A stretch of DNA of 64,000 nucleotides from an uncultured Gammaproteobacteria bacterium (lineage in GTDB: Bacteria; Patescibacteriota; Patescibacteriia; Magasanikbacterales; UBA922). Shown here piece by piece: positions 8,754 through 18,085 of the stretch. The translations under genes and the position numbers were made by a program. Within the stretch, counting starts at the first letter, position 1. The number at the start of each line of letters is the position of its first letter. The stretch is from contig CAYFPM010000001.1 in NCBI GenBank assembly GCA_964345045.1, positions 300,215 through 364,214 on the forward strand. The letters are read 5' to 3'. The notes under the pieces were generated by a model, which was not told the DNA's origin, searched no databases, and worked only from the letters and a program-made list of their open reading frames with translations.

Positions 8754-10850
8754 ATGAGTAAATTTAAAATAAAATCTAAATATAAACCGGCAGGAGATCA
8801 ACCCGAGGCAATTAAGGGGTTAGTTTCTGGTATAAAAAATAAAGAAGAGAAGCAAACCCTGCTTGGGGTGACAGGGTCTGGTAAGACCTTCACAGTGGCC
8901 AATGTCATAGAAAAAGTGCAAAAGCCTACTCTAGTAATTGCTCACAACAAAACTCTGGCAGCCCAGCTGTGCAACGAATTCCGTGAATTTTTCCCAGACA
9001 ATGCAGTAGAATATTTTGTAAGTTACTACGACTACTACCAACCAGAAGCTTACATGCCTGGTAGTGACACCTATATAGAGAAAGAAGCTCAGATAAATGA
9101 AGAAATAGACAGATTGCGTCATGCTTGTACGCAAGCCCTTTTGTCTCGCAAAGATGTAATTGTGGTAGCTTCGGTTTCTTGCATCTACGGACTTGGTTCC
9201 CCCAAAGAATACGAAAAAATAGTTTTGCATTTGCGAAAAGGGGATAAGCTAGATCGTCGGGGCATGATGGAGCAGCTTATTGAAATGCAGTTTGAGCGTA
9301 CTAATGGAGATTTGAAACGCGGAAGTTTCCGTATGCGTGGACAGACTTTTGAAATCATGCCGGTTAACGAAGAAAAGATTTATCGGTTTGAAGTTTCAAA
9401 CTATATAGATAGTATTGAAATGATTGATCCTGTAACTAGAAAAATTTTGAAAGAACAAGAAGATGTTTGGTTCTTTCCAGCCAAACACTATGTAGCTAGT
9501 CCAGAAGCGAGAGAGCGAGCCTATACCAGTATCAAAACAGAATTAGAAGAGCGACTAGGATTTTTTAAGAAAAAAGGTAAAGTACTGGAATACGAAAGGT
9601 TAAAAAGAAGAGTTAATTATGATTTGGAAATGATTCAAAATCTTGGTTATTGTAATGGTATAGAAAATTATTCACGTCACTTTGACGGTAGGGTAGAGGG
9701 GGAACCGGCCTTTACATTGCTCGATTATTTCCGCGAAGCCGATAAAGATTTTCTTACAGTGATAGATGAATCGCATGTAACTGTACCACAGGTAAGAGCT
9801 ATGTATGCAGGCGACAGAGCTAGAAAGGATACCTTGGTAGAGCATGGCTTTCGTCTTCCATCTGCCAGAGACAATAGGCCACTCAAGTTTGAAGAGTTTG
9901 AAGAAAGAGTAAAGCAGACTATATATGTATCGGCTACTCCTGGTGAGTATGAAAATAAAGAATCTAGCCAAGTAGTAGAGCAGATTGTACGTCCGACTGG
10001 TTTGGTAGATCCAGAGATAATTGTGCGGCCGGTGACCCCCTCAGCCTCGGCTGCGGCCTCGGCAGCTCCCCCTAAGAGGGGGAGCGATCGTTCGGCTTCG
10101 TCCACGTCTTTATCTCAAATCGAGGATGTGATTCTTCGGATTGAAGATAGAATTGGAAAAGGGGAGCGGGCGTTGGTTACTACCCTGACCAAGAAAATGG
10201 CTGAGGACTTGGACGAATATTTGCGAGAAAAGAAAATTAAAGTTAAATACTTGCATAGTGATATTAAAACTTTGGAAAGAGTAGAAATAATTACGGCTCT
10301 TCGCAAGGGTGATATAGATGTGATTGTTGGAGTAAACTTGCTTCGTGAAGGACTTGATATGCCAGAAGTTTCGCTTGTTGCTATTCTCGATGCTGATAAA
10401 GAAGGATTTTTGCGTAGTGAAACTAGCTTGATCCAGACCATTGGTAGAGCCGCTAGAAATGTAAATGGCCAAGTGGTACTATATGCCGACCAGATGACAG
10501 GCTCGATTGAGCGAGCTATAGAAGAAACCACTCGCCGTCGCGAGATACAGCTTGCTTACAACAAAAAGCATGGTATTACCCCAAAGACTATTGAAAAAGA
10601 AATTAAAAATTTGCTCGAAGAATTTGGAATTGACGTTGAAAAAGAAAAGAATAAAAAAACCAGAAAGCAAAAAAATGCCAAGAGAACTACTTTGGAATTG
10701 GATTTACTCGGGGATGCTAGATCGATTAAAGAGATTATTAAGGACAAAGAACAAAAGATGAAAGAAGCTGCCCAGGGCCTAGAATTTGAATTGGCAGCAA
10801 TTCTGCGTGATGAGATAAGGGAATTAAAAGCCAGAGAAAAAGTGAAATAA
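8754..10850 (+). CDS. uvrB: excinuclease ABC subunit B (UvrB), carrying an in-frame GC-rich insertion
   Basis: Helicase motifs (GVTGSGKTFT), UvrB interaction domain and C-terminal UVR motif; extra VTPSASAAASAAPPKRGSDRSASSTSLS segment. Confidence 0.95.
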   Translation: MSKFKIKSKYKPAGDQPEAIKGLVSGIKNKEEKQTLLGVTGSGKTFTVANVIEKVQKPTLVIAHNKTLAAQLCNEFREFFPDNAVEYFVSYYDYYQPEAYMPGSDTYIEKEAQINEEIDRLRHACTQALLSRKDVIVVASVSCIYGLGSPKEYEKIVLHLRKGDKLDRRGMMEQLIEMQFERTNGDLKRGSFRMRGQTFEIMPVNEEKIYRFEVSNYIDSIEMIDPVTRKILKEQEDVWFFPAKHYVASPEARERAYTSIKTELEERLGFFKKKGKVLEYERLKRRVNYDLEMIQNLGYCNGIENYSRHFDGRVEGEPAFTLLDYFREADKDFLTVIDESHVTVPQVRAMYAGDRARKDTLVEHGFRLPSARDNRPLKFEEFEERVKQTIYVSATPGEYENKESSQVVEQIVRPTGLVDPEIIVRPVTPSASAAASAAPPKRGSDRSASSTSLSQIEDVILRIEDRIGKGERALVTTLTKKMAEDLDEYLREKKIKVKYLHSDIKTLERVEIITALRKGDIDVIVGVNLLREGLDMPEVSLVAILDADKEGFLRSETSLIQTIGRAARNVNGQVVLYADQMTGSIERAIEETTRRREIQLAYNKKHGITPKTIEKEIKNLLEEFGIDVEKEKNKKTRKQKNAKRTTLELDLLGDARSIKEIIKDKEQKMKEAAQGLEFELAAILRDEIRELKAREKVK
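10035..10110. repeat. GC-rich palindromic element (CTCCCCCTAAGAGGGGGAG core) inserted in-frame in uvrB
   Basis: ~75 nt at ~70% GC inside an AT-rich gene. It replaces the short canonical linker after PEIxVRP. It shares modules with elements at 18868, 12118, 35065 and 59876. Confidence 0.7.
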
Positions 10851-10889
10851 AATAAGCAGAGTAAGCAGAATAAGTACTAAGCAGAATAA
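10851..10889. repeat. AAGCAGA(A/G)TAAG direct-repeat motif (family also at 30830 and 31206)
   Basis: aataagcagagtaagcagaataagtactaagcagaataa. Confidence 0.5.
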
Positions 10890-10920
10890 AAAAATGACTT
10901 GTCTAGCAAGTCATTTTTTA
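10888..10920. terminator. bidirectional rho-independent terminator between convergent uvrB and the 10930 ORF
   Basis: aaaaaaatgacttgtctagcaagtcatttttta. Confidence 0.6.
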
Positions 10921-10929
10921 TTGATAATT

Positions 10930-11469
10930 TTATTTAACTTCTACACTTACATTATTGCTATATTCGGTACAAGTATCTTTTTCATTATTTTTGGTCAAGC
11001 ACATACGAAAGTGCCAAGTGCCGGTGGGTGTATCTTCCCAGATAGTTTCAGATTGTAAATGATTTTTTCTAATCCAGTAATTTTTTTCCGGATTATGAAC
11101 AGGGTTTTCTTCGTCGTCTCTAATTATTATAAATCTATTGCTTTCGTCCAATCCGCTTGGAGCTTGCCAAGATAGTTTTACTTTTCCAGAACCCATAGCT
11201 TCGGCGGTTAGTACTAGTTTATCACTAGTCATAACTTCTTTTTTTTCGCTGGAGTCTTCGTGTTTTTTTGTTTCTTCCATTTTTTTATTCTCTTCCATCA
11301 CTAATGCTTGTCCTTTGCCTTCTTTTTTTTCTTCCATTACTATTTCACTATTTACTTCTTGGGCATTTTCTTGAGCTACATAATTTTTTTCTGCATTGTT
11401 TTGTCTCCACAAGAAAATTAGAATTAGAATAGTGACTATACCCAGAAACCAAGTTGTTTTTTTGCTCAT
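10930..11469 (-). CDS. hypothetical secreted/membrane-anchored protein with FN3-like C-terminal domain
   Basis: N-terminal TM/signal, Glu/Lys-rich linker, KVKLSWQAP beta-sandwich-like region. Confidence 0.45.
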   Translation of the reverse strand: MSKKTTWFLGIVTILILIFLWRQNNAEKNYVAQENAQEVNSEIVMEEKKEGKGQALVMEENKKMEETKKHEDSSEKKEVMTSDKLVLTAEAMGSGKVKLSWQAPSGLDESNRFIIIRDDEENPVHNPEKNYWIRKNHLQSETIWEDTPTGTWHFRMCLTKNNEKDTCTEYSNNVSVEVK

Positions 11470-11678
11470 ATATAATTAATTAGTATATTATTTACCTTAT
11501 TATAAAACAGGTTCCCCTACGGTGCAAGATATGTTTTGGGATTGAAAAAAAAGTCAAAATAAGGTAAACTGTCTATTAGTAGAGATGCCCTTTTTTATTA
11601 TACTAGATATTATCCCGATTTGGTCGGGGATTTTGTATTTTACAAAGGCTAAGGTTTTGAATAATAAAAATTTCAATT

Positions 11679-14327
11679 ATGAAAGATAAAATAACAATCA
11701 AAGGCGCGCGTGAGCATAATCTAAAAAATATTGATCTAGAATTACCTAGGAATAAAATGATTGTGTTCACTGGTCTATCTGGTTCGGGCAAATCGAGCCT
11801 GGCTTTTGATACCATATTTGCCGAGGGGCAACGTAGATATGTAGAAAGCTTGTCGGCCTATGCCAGGCAATTCCTAGGTGGTATGCAGAAGCCAGATGTA
11901 GATGAGATAGAAGGGCTTTCACCAGCTATTTCGATTGATCAGAAGGCTCATAGTGCCAATCCTCGCTCGACCGTAGCGACTATCACCGAGATCTACGATT
12001 ATTTGCGGGTGCTCTATGCTAGAGTCGGGGAGCCGTACTGTCCCGTAGATGGTACCAAGATAGAGAAGATGACTGTAGATGAGATGAATGAGAAGATTTT
12101 GAAGGGATTAAAGAATACTGCCAAACCCTCACCCGCTCGGCCGAAGGCCGAGTCGACCTCTCCCAGAGGGAGAGGTAAAGCTTCAACTTCGACTAAAGTA
12201 TCTAATGAAGTTTTGATTCTCTCGCCAATAGTTCGTGGTAGGAAAGGGGAGTACTACCAGATGCTTTATGATATGTATAATTCTGGTTTTCTAGAAGTGA
12301 GAGTTGATGGCAAAATCAAGAGTTTGCGCAAGCGGATTACTCTTACTAAGAACAAAAAGCACACTATAGAAGTAGTGGTAGACAAATTTCCACTAACAGA
12401 ATTTGAATTTTCTGGCGACAAAGCTGCCAAGCAGCGTCTTGCCGAGGCAGTAGAACAGGCTGTAGATCTATCCAATGGTCTTTGTGTGGTTATATACCCT
12501 GATGGTACCGAGACAGTCTATTCTACAGAATATTCTTGCCCCAAAGATGGTTTTAGCTTTCCAGAAATTGAGCCCAGGCTCTTTAGTTTCAATAGCCCTT
12601 ATGGGCAGTGTGGTTATTGTATGGGGATTGGAACCAAGGAACTCTTTAGTGAAGAATTGTGTCCAAAATGTGAAGGAAAGAGACTCAATGAAAATGCTTT
12701 GTCTGTAAAAGTGAACAAGAAAAATATTTATGAGCTTACCTCAATGGGGATTGGAGATGCCAAGCAATTTGTAGCAGATTTGGAAGAAACCATGAGTGAA
12801 AAAGATCTAGAAATTTCTGGAGCTGTTTTTCGCGAAGTCACGGGTCGTCTTCAATTCATGCTAGACGTAGGGCTAGACTACCTTACTCTAGATCGCAAAG
12901 CTGGCACTCTCTCTGGTGGAGAAGCTCAGCGTATCCGTCTGGCTTCGCAAGTTGGGACCAAACTGGTGGGAGCACTTTATGTGCTCGACGAACCAACCAT
13001 TGGCCTGCACCAGCGCGATAATGATCAGCTTGTTTCAACTCTACGCAATTTGTGTGATGTGGGTAATACTATTATTGTAGTTGAGCATGATGAAGATACT
13101 ATTATTACCAGTGATTGGTTGGTCGACATTGGCCCTGGGGCGGGTAAGCATGGTGGAGACGTGGTTTATTCTGGTCCACTGGAAAAGATTGTGAATTTGA
13201 AATCAAAGGCCAAGAATAATACTGGTTGTAAAGAATATGGTAGTGCCGATAAATCACTGACAGGTAAATACCTGCGCGGTGAGAAAAAGATAGCTGTGCC
13301 AGAGAAGAGGAGAAAGGTAGATAGCTCGACTCCCAAAATTAAGATAAAAGGGGCCAAAGAACATAACTTGAAAAATATTAATGTGGAAATTCCATTGCGT
13401 CGTTTGGTTTGCCTTACTGGTGTTTCTGGATCTGGTAAGTCCACGCTCATGCACGACATTCTATATCGCACAGTAGCCAATAGACTCAACCATGTAAAGA
13501 AAAAAACCGGTGAGCATAAGTCTATTACCAATACCGAATATATCGATAAGATAATTAGAATTGACCAAAGCCCGATTGGTCGCACCCCGCGTAGTAATCC
13601 AGCTACTTATACCAAAGCCTATGACCATATAAGAGAGATCTTTGCCTCTACACCAGAAGCCAGAATCCGTGGTTACAAATCTGGCCGCTTTAGTTTCAAT
13701 ACGCCCAATGGTCGGTGTGAAAATTGTGAAGGTCGGGGATTCCTAGAAATAGAGATGCACTTTTTGCCAAGTGTAGAGATTGTGTGTGATGTGTGCAAGG
13801 GACAAAGATTTGATCACGAAACTTTGCAAGTGCATTACAAAGGCAAAAATATTGCCGAAGTTCTCAATATGACCATCGAAGATGCTGAAGAATTCTTTCG
13901 AGATATTCCGGCAATTTATGATAAATTAAAAGTGCTTAACCAAGTTGGTCTTGACTATTTAACACTTGGTCAGTCGGCCAAGACTCTGTCTGGTGGAGAA
14001 GCGCAGCGTATCAAACTAAGTAAAGAACTCTCCAAAAGAAATACCACCAAGACCCTGTACCTGCTAGACGAACCAACAACTGGGCTGCATTATGATGATG
14101 TACGAAAACTGGTCGATGTGTTACAACGTTTAACTTCTCAGGGTAATACAGTGATGGTGATTGAACACAACTTAGATGTAATCAAATGTGCTGATTGGCT
14201 TATAGATCTAGGCCCAGAAGGTGGTAAAAATGGAGGGCAAGTAGTGGCTGTAGGGACACCAGAGGAGATTGCTCGCAAATCTACCACCAGTTTTACGGGT
14301 AAATATTTGAAGCGAGTTTTGAAATAA
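11679..14327 (+). CDS. uvrA: excinuclease ABC subunit A (UvrA), carrying an in-frame GC-rich insertion
   Basis: Two ABC ATPase modules (GLSGSGKSSL, GVSGSGKSTL), zinc-finger cysteines, LSGGE signatures; extra AKPSPARPKAESTSPRGRGKASTSTKVSNEV. Confidence 0.95.
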   Translation: MKDKITIKGAREHNLKNIDLELPRNKMIVFTGLSGSGKSSLAFDTIFAEGQRRYVESLSAYARQFLGGMQKPDVDEIEGLSPAISIDQKAHSANPRSTVATITEIYDYLRVLYARVGEPYCPVDGTKIEKMTVDEMNEKILKGLKNTAKPSPARPKAESTSPRGRGKASTSTKVSNEVLILSPIVRGRKGEYYQMLYDMYNSGFLEVRVDGKIKSLRKRITLTKNKKHTIEVVVDKFPLTEFEFSGDKAAKQRLAEAVEQAVDLSNGLCVVIYPDGTETVYSTEYSCPKDGFSFPEIEPRLFSFNSPYGQCGYCMGIGTKELFSEELCPKCEGKRLNENALSVKVNKKNIYELTSMGIGDAKQFVADLEETMSEKDLEISGAVFREVTGRLQFMLDVGLDYLTLDRKAGTLSGGEAQRIRLASQVGTKLVGALYVLDEPTIGLHQRDNDQLVSTLRNLCDVGNTIIVVEHDEDTIITSDWLVDIGPGAGKHGGDVVYSGPLEKIVNLKSKAKNNTGCKEYGSADKSLTGKYLRGEKKIAVPEKRRKVDSSTPKIKIKGAKEHNLKNINVEIPLRRLVCLTGVSGSGKSTLMHDILYRTVANRLNHVKKKTGEHKSITNTEYIDKIIRIDQSPIGRTPRSNPATYTKAYDHIREIFASTPEARIRGYKSGRFSFNTPNGRCENCEGRGFLEIEMHFLPSVEIVCDVCKGQRFDHETLQVHYKGKNIAEVLNMTIEDAEEFFRDIPAIYDKLKVLNQVGLDYLTLGQSAKTLSGGEAQRIKLSKELSKRNTTKTLYLLDEPTTGLHYDDVRKLVDVLQRLTSQGNTVMVIEHNLDVIKCADWLIDLGPEGGKNGGQVVAVGTPEEIARKSTTSFTGKYLKRVLK
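12118..12195. repeat. GC-rich palindromic element (CCTCTCCCAGAGGGAGAGG core) inserted in-frame in uvrA
   Basis: aaaccctcacccg...gtcgacctctcccagagggagaggt; near-identical to the right half of the uvrC element. Confidence 0.7.
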
Positions 14328-14364
14328 GTTTCAAGGTACTAATTGACAAAAACTAAAATACTAA

Positions 14365-14394
14365 TCCTGTATTTGCAAAGATACAGGGTTTTTT
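14365..14394 (+). terminator. rho-independent terminator of uvrA
   Basis: cctgtatttgcaaagatacagggtttttt. Confidence 0.6.
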
Positions 14395-14397
14395 ATG

Positions 14398-14426
14398 TTG
14401 ACAAAAAGAAAAAAGCATGATATACA
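14398..14426 (+). promoter_or_regulatory. sigma70-like promoter (TTGACA-17-TATACA) driving a leaderless high-GC small ORF
   Basis: ttgaca at 14398, 17-nt spacer, tataca at 14421; the ATG follows 7 nt downstream. Confidence 0.4.
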
Positions 14427-14432
14427 TTATTT

Positions 14433-14681
14433 ATGTTTTCCGTGAGCAAACTGATGATTCCCTCTCAAATCACCACCGACATCGCCGTCTTCATGATCTG
14501 GGGGTTCTTGATCGCCTCCATGTTGATCTCGATCATGACCTGGTGGAAGTTCTTCCCCTGGCCAACCTCGGTCTGGGCGCGCCGCATCTCGATCGGTGTC
14601 GGGCCGGTCATGTGGGGTGCCTTCTTCATCTTGGCAGCTGTGGTGTACCAGGGTCCGGTCGATCAGTTCGGTGGGCCGTAG
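14433..14681 (+). CDS. small 2-TM membrane protein (82 aa) in a high-GC cassette (island B); possible PLD-N/cardiolipin-synthase-N-like fold
   Basis: GC3-rich codons (atc/gcc/ttc/ctg) and two hydrophobic helices, GPVMWGAFFILAAVVYQG. The other long frames here are Arg/His-rich and spurious. Confidence 0.4.
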   Translation: MFSVSKLMIPSQITTDIAVFMIWGFLIASMLISIMTWWKFFPWPTSVWARRISIGVGPVMWGAFFILAAVVYQGPVDQFGGP

Positions 14682-14786
14682 AAGGTGCCCCTGCGGACGA
14701 CTTAGATGCGGGGAGACAGTGTGCGTGCACCTGTCAACCCGTGTCACCCTTCCTACAAACACTTTGGATAAGTGTTTTTTATATTG

Positions 14787-16001
14787 TCAAAAATTAGCAA
14801 TAAGGTTTTTAAAATCTTGTCTCTTTCTTATCAACCTAATATTTTCACCATCAATTAAAACCTCGGCGGGTAATGGTCTAAATTGATAATTGGTAGCCAT
14901 ACTCATACCATAGGCTCCGGCATTTTTTATTGCCAATATATCTCCTTCGCGGACTTCGTTTAGCATACGGTCTCTAGCAAAATAATCGGCACATTCACAA
15001 ATATTGCCAACCACATCATACTCTCTATACATGCCATCTGGATTACTCAAATTTACAATTGGATGGTAGGAATCATACATAGCCGGGCGGACCAGGTGGT
15101 TCATACCAGTATCTGTACCTACCACAGTATGGCGACTAATCGTTTCTTTGATTGTGTTTACTTTTGTTAACAAAGTTCCGGATTCGGCTACAATATATCT
15201 ACCAGGCTCAAATCTTAGTTGAATATTTCGATTATATTCAGATTCAAATCTATCCATTCTTTTTTTAATTTCTTTACCCAAAGTTTTCAAATCCAATCGA
15301 TTTTCTTCTGGTTTGTAAGGTACTCCAAAACCACCACCAACATCTACAAATTCTAGATTTGGAAATTGTTTGGCAATGTCTAGTATTACATCGAGTGCCA
15401 AAATCGGTTCTCGTAGTCGTAGCCAGCCAGAACCAATATGTTGGTGTACACCAACTATTTGTAGATTGTGTTTTGTAGCAATAATTTTTACTTTTTCTAC
15501 ATCTTGAAAAAAAATACCAAATTTGGAATTTGGTCCACCAGTTATATTTGATTCATGCGAAGCAATACCAATGTTTGGATTGAAACGAATAGAGATTCTA
15601 GAATTTGGGTAGTTTTTTCCATATTTTTCCAGTCTAGACAAAGAACCAATGTTTTGCAAAACTCCCAAGTTTTGGACTTCTTCCATCTCGGCATTGGTCA
15701 TGTTGTTGCCAGTAAACATAATATTTTCTGGTTTGGCGCCACAGTGCAGACCTAGTTTTACTTCTTCTACAGAAACAGCATCTATCCCACAGCCAAGTTT
15801 TATTATTTCTTTAACTATTGTTGGATTATAATTAGCTTTTATAGCGTACAAAAATTTGGTATTTTGGTGCAGACCCAGATAGTTTTGTAATTTTGCAATT
15901 CGGTTTTGGATTATTTGTAAATTGTAAACATAAAGCGGACTGCCAAAATGCTCGCAAAGTTCTGTGGGACTATAATTGTTAAATATTTCATTTTGGTTCA
16001 T
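14787..16001 (-). CDS. lysA: diaminopimelate decarboxylase (LysA)
   Basis: PLP-dependent Orn/DAP decarboxylase fold with YAIKAN PLP-lysine motif and GGG loop; native low GC. Confidence 0.9.
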   Translation of the reverse strand: MNQNEIFNNYSPTELCEHFGSPLYVYNLQIIQNRIAKLQNYLGLHQNTKFLYAIKANYNPTIVKEIIKLGCGIDAVSVEEVKLGLHCGAKPENIMFTGNNMTNAEMEEVQNLGVLQNIGSLSRLEKYGKNYPNSRISIRFNPNIGIASHESNITGGPNSKFGIFFQDVEKVKIIATKHNLQIVGVHQHIGSGWLRLREPILALDVILDIAKQFPNLEFVDVGGGFGVPYKPEENRLDLKTLGKEIKKRMDRFESEYNRNIQLRFEPGRYIVAESGTLLTKVNTIKETISRHTVVGTDTGMNHLVRPAMYDSYHPIVNLSNPDGMYREYDVVGNICECADYFARDRMLNEVREGDILAIKNAGAYGMSMATNYQFRPLPAEVLIDGENIRLIRKRQDFKNLIANF

Positions 16002-16063
16002 ATTTTTGTTTAAGAATAATGGATTTGATAATGAATGGGGGAGCCTGCGTTCTCCTTGTATAT

Positions 16064-16321
16064 TTACGCAGGCTGTGATGAGGGGGTGATGACGACTCGG
16101 CCACGACCAGTGACTGGGATCCAGCTGCCGGTGATAAGGTGCTGTTCTTTGCCAAATTCGGTCAAAGTTCCTTCTTGGATTTGATAGCTATTGCCTTTGT
16201 CCGTGCAAGCCGATTTTGGGACTTGGGCAGTAAAAGGTGGAACCCCTTCTCCGCCAGCATCGCCTGGTGTGAGATGAAGTTTGATTTTGTCTCCATCTAT
16301 TTCTACCTTGGCAATAGTCAT
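16064..16321 (-). CDS. hypothetical 85-aa high-GC ORF between aspartokinase and lysA
   Basis: MTIAKVEIDGDKIKLHLTPGDAGGEG...; sits in the aspartokinase-lysA gap; not ACT-like; could be spurious in high-GC DNA. Confidence 0.25.
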   Translation of the reverse strand: MTIAKVEIDGDKIKLHLTPGDAGGEGVPPFTAQVPKSACTDKGNSYQIQEGTLTEFGKEQHLITGSWIPVTGRGRVVITPSSQPA

Positions 16322-16335
16322 TTCTAGTTTGGGCG

Positions 16336-17157
16336 TCATGCTGCGATCCTCTCGGCCGTAGTCGAGATTACCGTACCAGCACGAGTACCGGTCATGGTGT
16401 TGCACACCTCGATCGGTACCAGGCCAGCGGCCAGCTCGACAGCTCGGGGGTGGACCACGCAGGCGTTGAGGGCAAGGAAGTTTGCCGGAGTGATCTCGGT
16501 GAACAATGTGGCATCGGCGTGTTGGTTGGGGTCTTTGTTGTAGACTCCGTCTACGTCGGTCCAGTTGCAGTGAGTAGCCGAGAGGGCCACGGCGAGTAGG
16601 CTTGCCGTTACATCCGAACCCCCACGCCCGAGCGTGATGACCCGGCCGTCTGCCGTAGCACCGTAGAAACCAGGCACGATCACCTGGTGACCATTGCATC
16701 GCTCGCGGATAAGTTGGTAGGTGGCTTCGAGGTCGATGTTGCCTTCGTCGTCCACACGGATCACATTGGCTGCGTCGACAAATTGGGAACCAGTAAGCTC
16801 GGCCATGATCTGAGCCATGAGCCACTCGCCGCGCGAGGCAGCCAAGTCGTAGCTAGACTTGATCTCAAAGCGAACCTGATTGAGAAGCTTCTCGATGTCG
16901 ATCGATAAGCCGAGCTCGGACACAATGCTCTCGAACCGAGCGACGATCGCGGCCCAGTTCGCCTCGAAGTCTTCGCCACGCTGGCAGGCAATGAAGCGGT
17001 CAGTGAGCTTGGTAGCATCGGCTGGCAACTTGCCCGGAGCCGAGCAAACGACTGCCTGGCAGCCGTGGTTGCTTTGGATGATCTCGAAAACCCGCCGGAC
17101 GTTTTGGGCACATGAAAGCGACGTGCCACCAAACTTGCAGATAGTTTTTTCGGTCAT
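16336..17157 (-). CDS. aspartate kinase catalytic (amino-acid kinase) domain, no ACT regulatory domains; high GC
   Basis: KFGGTSL and LGRGGSD aspartokinase motifs. Ends at the catalytic/ACT boundary (273 aa). Strong SD aggagggtg upstream. GC ~60%. Confidence 0.7.
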   Translation of the reverse strand: MTEKTICKFGGTSLSCAQNVRRVFEIIQSNHGCQAVVCSAPGKLPADATKLTDRFIACQRGEDFEANWAAIVARFESIVSELGLSIDIEKLLNQVRFEIKSSYDLAASRGEWLMAQIMAELTGSQFVDAANVIRVDDEGNIDLEATYQLIRERCNGHQVIVPGFYGATADGRVITLGRGGSDVTASLLAVALSATHCNWTDVDGVYNKDPNQHADATLFTEITPANFLALNACVVHPRAVELAAGLVPIEVCNTMTGTRAGTVISTTAERIAA

Positions 17158-17501
17158 TTCACCCTCCTAGGTGATAAAAAGAGCCTTAGCTCGTTTGAAC
17201 TAGTGAGCTCCAATTGCTTGGAACCCGGTTTGTTCAACCGATTTTTGGAATACGAAAAAACCGCCCAGGAGGCGGTTTCTAGTAATTTTTGGGTACTAAG
17301 AAATTCACCTCGCTGGGGCGGTCATCTTCTTGGTCTTTTTTGTAGCAAGAATGAATTTCATAATATTTTGAGCTTACTAGGATTTTTCGGATTTGTAAAA
17401 TTTTTTGTGGATAAGAGGGGAATTTAGGTCTCTTTGACGATTGTGTTATTATATCTACAATAAAAAATAAAGGTTTTTTAAGGGTAATAAAAGGAGGGAA
17501 C

Positions 17502-18083
17502 ATGCCAGAAAAATATAAAAATAAATATCGGATACCATCAGCCAGATATAAAGGTTGGAATTATGGATGGGATGGATATTATTTTGTGACAATTTGTACA
17601 AAAAATAGGGAACATTTTTTTGGAAATATTGTGGAAGGGAAAATGATTTTGTCGGAAATTGGGGAAATGGTCGAAAAATATTGGTATGAAATTCCAAAAC
17701 ATTTTTCATTTGTACGGTTGGATGCGTTTGTGGTAATGCCGAACCATTTTCATGCCATTGTGATAATTGATAAAAATAATGATAAACCGGTAGAGACGCA
17801 TTGCAATGCGTCTCTACAACAACGGGATGTATATAAAAAATCAAATGATCATCGTGAATACCAAAATAAATTCGGCCCGCAAAAACACAATTTGGCGTCC
17901 ATAATTCGTGGTTTCAAAGGGACGGTAACCAAACAGGTCAACGAAAGATTTGGTGATGAATATTTCGCCTGGCAACCCCGATTCCACGAACACATTATCC
18001 GCAACGAAATAGCGTTGGAAAGAATTCGTAAATATATAAAATTAAATCCTTGGAAATGGCAAGATGATTGTTTTTTCAAATAA
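17502..18083 (+). CDS. REP-associated tyrosine transposase (RAYT) / IS200-like Y1 HUH transposase
   Basis: YYFVTICTKNRE, HuH motif NHFHAIV, WQPRFHEHIIRNE...IRKYIKLNPWKW tyrosine region. Confidence 0.75.
   Translation: MPEKYKNKYRIPSARYKGWNYGWDGYYFVTICTKNREHFFGNIVEGKMILSEIGEMVEKYWYEIPKHFSFVRLDAFVVMPNHFHAIVIIDKNNDKPVETHCNASLQQRDVYKKSNDHREYQNKFGPQKHNLASIIRGFKGTVTKQVNERFGDEYFAWQPRFHEHIIRNEIALERIRKYIKLNPWKWQDDCFFK
17790..17817. repeat. 28-nt perfect palindrome inside the RAYT ORF
   Basis: GTAGAGACGCATTGCAATGCGTCTCTAC, encoding VETHCNASLQ between the HuH and Tyr regions. Confidence 0.6.
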
Positions 18084-18085
18084 TT

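Noticed and set aside
14417-14886. Alternative long frames across island B (126-aa +, 111-aa -, 96-aa +)
   Set aside because: His/Arg/Asp-rich and non-protein-like. The 82-aa frame starting at 14433 is preferred because it has membrane-helix periodicity, GC3 codon bias and sits directly after the promoter.
16064-16825. 253-aa ORF overlapping the aspartokinase gene in another frame
   Set aside because: It is an open frame typical of high-GC DNA. Only its last 85 codons, after the aspartokinase stop, are considered as a possible small gene.
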